Shown: positions 38,080-43,543 of the stretch, piece by piece
How positions within the stretch are numbered: the first letter of the stretch is position 1
Layout: each line of letters begins with the position of its first letter
From: Sphaeroforma arctica JP610
Lineage: Eukaryota
Length of the DNA stretch: 43,543 nucleotides
Assembly (NCBI RefSeq): GCF_001186125.1
Contig: NW_014039921.1
Span: 5,584 to 49,126 of the forward strand
Reading direction: 5' to 3'
Translations under genes and position numbers: made by a program
The notes under the pieces: model-generated
What the model saw: the letters and a program-made list of their open reading frames with translations, nothing else
Databases searched by the model: none
Told to the model about the DNA's origin: nothing

Positions 38080-38900
38080 GCTGTAGTTAAAAAACAAGTT
38101 GGGAAATGGTTATCTGATGGGGTAATCGAAATCAATTACCAACAAACGCCAGCTAACTTAGCATTATTGGCAGTTAATCAACACAACTCTGACGGAACAT
38201 GTAAGAAAGTCAGAGTATGTCTAGATATGAGTCCAATAAATAAGTTATTGCCGACTCATAGTTTCCATCTCCCTCGTATAAACGAGTTACTGAGACGAAT
38301 GGAAGGTGCTACGGTGTTTACATCCATAGACCTAACACAGGGGTATCATCAAATGTAAATTTATGAACCCCATCGTAAGTACTTTAGTTTTACCTGGAAA
38401 GGTAAACAATGCAGGTTCTGAGGTGCACCTTTCGGGTTGCACTCCTTACCAGCATTCTTCCAACAAGTAATGGATGAAATTTTTGCAGACATGCCTAACG
38501 TGCAAGTCTATATAGATGACATAGTCATCCTTTCTAAGACTAAGAGCGAACATACCGCATTTATCAGGCGAGTCCTTCAGAGACTCAACGAACAAAACTT
38601 CAAGATTAACGAGAAGAAATGTCACTTCGCCCTGAGCGAAATACAGCTCTTAGGCTACCGTATATCTGGGGAAGGTATTAAAATCGACCCCTGTAAGGTG
38701 GAACACCTGTTAGATTGGCGAACACCAACTACAGAAAGAGATGTGAACAGCATGTGTGGGTTTGTAAACTTCTTTTCAGATGGAGTACCACATTTTGGCT
38801 GATTATCTTAAAGCCTTTGAATACTTAAGATGTCATAAAGGCAAACTAGGAGGCTTGTGGACTAAAGGGTGTGATGACGCATTTAAAGCGCTCAAGCACG
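38080..38900 (+). pseudogene. pol: Gypsy reverse transcriptase, disrupted
   Basis: VRVCLDMSPINK, LPRINELL, FTSIDLTQGYHQM, APFGLHSLPAFFQ, YIDD (38509-38520), KCHF, LLGY. Stops at 38356 and 38419; frameshift near 38800. Confidence 0.95.
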
Positions 38901-39310
38901 CAGTCCAACAAGCCTCTGTTGTACAAGGACCAGACGATGGCGTGCCTTTTGAAATAGCAACGGACGCATCAGACTTAGCACTCGGAGGTGTACTATACCA
39001 GGTTATAGATAATAAACCTAGGTATATACAATTTTTTAGCCAAGCAATGAATGCATCACAGTTGAATTATCCAACTGTGAAGCAAGAGCTATTAGCCATA
39101 GTAGCAGCTTTAACACACTTCCGCGATTATTTATACGGGACAGCTTTTACGCTGATGTGTGATCAGAAGTCCCTTCAATATATGAAGGAAATGAAGCTAG
39201 ACTTTCAATTACTGAGCCGATGGCATGATACACTATCAAAGTTTCATTTTGATATCAAACATCTACCAGAGATACATAACCATTTACCGGATATGTTATC
39301 ACGCTTTGTA
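38901..39310 (+). pseudogene. pol: Gypsy-type RNase H
   Basis: FEIATDASDLALGGVLYQ, NYPTVKQELLAIVAALTHFRDYLYG, FTLMCDQKSL, NHLPDMLSR. Confidence 0.95.
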
Positions 39311-39346
39311 CAGGACTTTAATAAATCCGTACGCGAGTTACTAGCC

Positions 39347-39750
39347 ACTGATTGGAAATGTAACCCCAGGTGGTTTGAACTGGCTCAAAAGATATTAGGC
39401 CACATACAGTTTACATGTTTGCTGCACATCATAATGCACAACTTAAGAATTACAGGACTTTAAATCATCCTTTAGGAGATACCTTTCAACTAGACCTCTC
39501 TGAACATAATGCGTGGGCTAATCCACCATGGCAGTTAATTGCCCAATCACTAAATTATGTTCATATACACAAAGCTACCATCACGTTGTGTTGCCCATTA
39601 CGGAGTAAAGATCCATGGCTCAATACATTAATAAGCATGATACAATGCAAACCAATATATTTAGATAGGGAAGTAGATACTTTCCTATATCAGGGTACCT
39701 GAGCCGTCCAGAAGACGCTCTGGCGACATACTATAATATGTCGTATGTGT
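39347..39750 (+). pseudogene. DIRS/Dam-type DNA N6-adenine methyltransferase domain within pol
   Basis: TDWKCNPRWFELAQKILG/PHTVYMFAAHHNAQLKNY..DTFQLDLSEHNAWANPPWQLIAQSLNYV..ATITLCCP..PW. NPPW is at 39520-39531; there is a 1-nt frameshift at ~39400 and a TGA at 39700. Confidence 0.88.
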
Positions 39751-40104
39751 CCCATTAATTCAACCAAATGGCTCCTTCTGAGACCTTCCTTAACAAGGTC
39801 AAAGATAAGAGATTCCACTCTCTACTAAATTGAACGTTAGGCAGTTCAAAACAATCTACTAATGGCACTACAATTAAGAAGCGTCAGTCTCTAGCTAGGA
39901 CTCTGTTTAATAACATAAAGTCCAAGCCCGAAGTCTTTCAAACCCTATTTTTAAAGGGATTAATGAAAGATAATCCTGAAGCATATACAGATATAAAGCG
40001 ACTATTAAATAAGTCAGGTGTATCAAACGCACACGAGCGCACTTATGACACTCATGCGAAAGAAGGACAGGAGTATGGAAACACTACAGACTTAGACCAC
40101 GCAA

Positions 40105-41228
40105 GTGGATTCTCAACACCCTACCTTTATTCTGGAAGAGCAGAATGATGAAAATATTCTTGCTTGGCTGACGCAAAACCATAAGCTGAAGCACCAGAAC
40201 GTAGTAGACGCATTTAGAGATGCAAAGCGAAATGGGATCGCGCACCCTAAGCTGGCAACTTTAGTTGACAGAGTATATCAGTCATGTACAGACTGTGATC
40301 TCAACCAGATTAAGCGCTATGGGTTCGCACCGCCTAATAGTGTGACTGAAGATGTTCTATGGCGCAGAGTCATCATTGATCTGGTTGACCTGCCTACGTC
40401 CGAGCACACAGGCGACCGTTACGTATGCCACCTCTTTGATGTGGCGTCAAGGTATAACTTGCTCTATCCATTAAAAGACACCGTGGCAGAATTATGTTGC
40501 CAAGTCTTTGCTGACCACGGGTGGCCAGGTATAATGTGTACTGATAACGGTAGCGAGTTCTGCGATGACGTAATGGAATCGTCAGTACTCGTATCAGGCA
40601 TGTGCCATAAAAGGGGTGTACCATATAAACCGCAAACACAAGGCTTACAATCTTCTTACGTACTGCATTAACGGATAATGCAGATGATTGGCCGTACCAC
40701 CTTACGCGGGTACAAACACAGATGAACGAGTGTGCTGATCCGGTTACAGGTACAACACCCGCTCACTATTTTCGAGGCAGATATAGTGAGTTACAAATAC
40801 CTTTTAACATGGACGAACCTAATCACCATGAGTTACCATGGTTAGAGAAGGTACAACGTATTTATAACGTTGTATATCTTTGCTTGCGAGAAACACGAAT
40901 ATTACCCTATTAAAAAGGCATAATAGATGGAATGCTACCAAAAATATAGCAGAGTATCAGGTTGGAGACAGAGTTAACATTCGTCAACGAAAATTCCGAT
41001 GCTACTGTATTAACATCCAGATGGATAGGACCATATATAATCTCTGTAGCTGACGTTAAAAGTGGAACCTATGAGGTTGATAAACCCGACGGTTCAAGTG
41101 CTTTAAATATAGACACTAGTCGGATTTCGACTACCGAGATTATTATCGCAAGAAGACATGACTTTAATGCCCCTCTTGATCGTCCTGAATTAAAAGACAT
41201 TATATGGAGAACGGATAAGGGGACTTAA
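40105..41228 (+). pseudogene. pol: Gypsy DDE integrase (HHCC, core, GPY module), disrupted
   Basis: H-KLK-H...CTDC zinc finger; WRRVIIDLVDLP; DVASRY; HGWPGIMCTDNGSEF; PYKPQTQG, after which similarity breaks and the catalytic E is not seen; GTTPA; SRWIGPYII. Confidence 0.92.
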
Positions 41229-41285
41229 CCTACGCGTTAAATAACTCTAAGGCGTTAATATCGCCTTGATAGACCGAATCTTACA
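41222..41285 (+). repeat. Remnant of the 3' LTR (terminal ~65 bp)
   Basis: gacttaaccta.gcgtt......ctctaag.cgttaatatcgccttgatagaccgaatcttaca matches 35042-35105. Confidence 0.85.
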
Positions 41286-43132
41286 CTCACACATTTGATA
41301 TATTTCAATTGATCAATAGACATTTATTCAACAACGGTCAACACTTCCGAGCTCAAAAATCAATCTTTTCGCCACACACCTGACAATAGTTGTGACCACC
41401 CTGCGGCTCTCGTCGACTCCCTTGATTTGAAAACTCCTCGGAGCTATACATTGGCGTTGCAGTTAACGATCCTTGTGGACATAGCTGTTACTCCCAACCA
41501 GTGTTTTGTAGCCTTTGCTGCCATGCCTACGATTGCTCACGCCTCTGCTATCTATCGCTATTTTAATTATCTATCCAGCACCATCTGTGTGACACCACAC
41601 CCTTGAATATCATCGGATGTAACAGGCGTTATGCCAGCAACACGCGAATCCTATACTGACATTCTTCTTTGCTACAATGATACACCTGTATCCTGAAAGT
41701 CTAGGAAAAAAAAGAGAGTTGCCCTTGGCTCTGGGAAAGCAGAATATACAATATTGCTTGCCTCTGAAGTATTATTGACAGTCGCACTGTGCCAATTACT
41801 CGACAGCATACTGTGCTACACAATGGCAATTAATAGGTGCTTAAAATTACGCTCGGAACAGGTACCCCTGGAAGGATTTCTAACACATTCAGATCTGACA
41901 GCATTATATACGTAAACACATCTGTGCTGGTATCCCTGTCCAATGTATAAATACTATTGACCACCCTGCTTTAATATTGACCAAAACTCTTCAACACCCT
42001 AAGCTGCACACAGGGCTACTCCATATTTCAGTATGTATTGAATACAGTAATATAATAAATTAGCATTTCTTCTGTGTCTCGCAACTATTGGACTCTTTAG
42101 CTCTGCTATCAGCGGTATGGTCTATGTACACTTGGTGCTATATTTAAGGTGCATTTCTGTTCCATTTCTTCTAGACCTTGTTGTGTGTACACCACATACA
42201 TAGTTCTTTCTTTACCAATTTCCGACGGGCCATTTACACTTGATACTTGATATATCCTTTAATATGCAATACACCTTTAGGCGCTCTGGACAACCGCAAG
42301 GTGCTCCCTAAGACAAGCAAAACTCTGAATACCAGCGAATCTCTTTGTCTGGCTCACTGGCTGTGGATATACGCCACGGATTACTCAAGATCTACATTAA
42401 ACTGATCCCCTTCTCGTGAGCACTATACAAATACGGGACATCCACCAAATCTCGCTATGCTCAAATTTCAACAGGCGATGTAGATTTTGTACAAGCAAAT
42501 TTACGCAGTTCATCCGATATCGTTGGGAATTCCAAGCTGATAACAGTACCCTGCATTGTACAGTATAACGGTACATAAGGACTTCAGCACACTCTGTGGC
42601 ATTACAATTTGTGTGTTAGCAGTGTACGATTTTAATGCTGTTTTCACTTGTCAAATCGTCTGCTGTTTTTTGAAATCAGCTATTCATACTTGCCGTCACT
42701 CTAAAAAAAAGACAGCCCCGAAGCCGCACAATTTATTTACCCAGTCTTGAATAGCGGATTGACATGTCATCAAAAATTCAATGCTAAAAATAGATTCCAG
42801 CCAAAAGCTTGGTTCTCGTCGCTGATGAATGGTATTTTGAAAACTAAATAAAGTTGTCATAGTAGTAAATAAAAGCGAGACTTGTGCATCATAAGTGAAT
42901 GTGCGAACTAAACGTATGCGTATGGCAGGTCTATTCGGATAGTAATATGTGTATTCAGTAAAGTACTCACTTATCGATCACACACGTGACTACGGTTGGT
43001 ATCCGAAGTATACATATCAGCTACAGAGAATTTGTGTGATACTGCATGTCGTACGATCCTTCCCATGGGCAATGCAGTCACATAGATGTGCTCACTACAT
43101 ATAGTGTTTCTCATACATAATTCCACGCAGCT

Positions 43133-43492
43133 ATGATGCAGTCTGGGTTCAACTACGGTCCGGATGACGAGGATGACGAACAGTCGTCCTTCCTGTCATT
43201 CGGCGATGTGGTGTCGTTGTACACAGACACCCTGGATCCCAACGCACACTACAGTACTAGCGGGGGACAGGACTTCAGCTCTACTATATCTCAGAGCATA
43301 CCCCAAGTGAACCAGAATGCCATGAGCTATGGTGCCCTGGGGAGTAGTATGAATGCCAATGGGAATGTAGGCGTTAGGACTGGGTTTATGAGTAACCTAG
43401 GGCTGATTGACAATCGTTGTGTGGTGAGGGCATTCTACGGTAATCCTGATCAGGGTCATTTGCCCAATAAGTTTCGGGATTGCTTGTTTAAG
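43133..43492 (+). CDS. ITPR: Inositol 1,4,5-trisphosphate receptor, first recognisable coding exon (gene continues past the window)
   Basis: 120 open codons: MMQSGFNY..SSFLSFGDVVSLY[insert]GFMSNLGLIDNRCVV..PNKFRDCLFK|GTATGC, matching the ITPR suppressor-domain start SSFLHIGDICSLY..GFISTLGLVDDRCVV..PKKFRDCLFK. An acceptor-like cacgcag ends at 43130. It is probably absent from the ORF track because no stop occurs before the window end. Confidence 0.93.
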
Positions 43493-43543
43493 GTATGCTA
43501 TATTCGGAGGCGATATCTGTTTGACTATAAAAGGATACAAACA

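Larger units (their letters stand above)
34370..41285 (+). mobile_element. Ty3/Gypsy LTR retrotransposon (degenerate copy) with gag, PR, RT, RNase H, N6-adenine methyltransferase and integrase
   Basis: Starts TGTTA (34370) and ends TTACA (41285); direct repeat 35042-35106 / 41222-41286; domain order PR-RT-RH-(MT)-INT; splits a Copia RT. Flanks ctcta / ctcac are only an imperfect TSD. Confidence 0.92.
28760..42100 (+). mobile_element. Heavily decayed Ty1/Copia LTR retrotransposon hosting nested insertions
   Basis: Remnant motifs in Copia order: gag-like 28843-29970 (EKLSLDRDNYDD, DAFISGL, knuckle CEHCGESGQISHAC); protease-like IDSSASVNL at 30081; integrase GKIHRKP..QIHVNLQRPM at 32093; YGCVVSY..CYYGVS at ~33010-33095; RT EIHHFDANTAFL at 33990, YGLKQAGR at 34133, YCVDEVL at 34217; after the Gypsy insert, KLLGAIHW/DIAV at ~41430-41490 and RNase H S*KSRKKKRVALGSGKAEY at 41691. 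A 34-bp similarity (27/34) between 28763-28796 and 42067-42100 may be an LTR remnant. Confidence 0.8.

Noticed and set aside
34370..41285. Classifying the element as DIRS because of the methylase
   Set aside because: No tyrosine recombinase seen; it has a protease, an HHCC/DDE/GPY integrase and a direct terminal repeat.

Overview
Eukaryotic genomic window with GT-AG introns, (TA)n/(CA)n-rich introns and three 20-N assembly gaps. The gene content (classical PH+PRD dynamin, IP3 receptor) suggests a unicellular holozoan such as an ichthyosporean; this is inference only. Contents: (1) a spliced classical dynamin gene, + strand, 1944-15848, with 20 visible exons and one probably lost in a gap; (2) a two-exon truncated-haemoglobin-like gene, - strand, 16215-17364; (3) a non-autonomous TIR element, minisatellites, a decayed 72-bp Ser/Thr-coding repeat array and exon-like pieces of an unrecognised - strand gene (17.9-27 kb); (4) a heavily decayed Ty1/Copia element (~28.8-42.1 kb) interrupted by a pogo-like remnant and by a better-preserved Ty3/Gypsy element (34370-41285); (5) the first recognisable coding exon of an IP3 receptor (43133-43492), absent from the ORF track. 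The top finding is that the Gypsy element, which has a protease and a DDE-type integrase, carries a DIRS/Dam-type N6-adenine DNA methyltransferase domain (NPPW motif) between RNase H and integrase. All alignments and counts were done by eye; no database searches were run.
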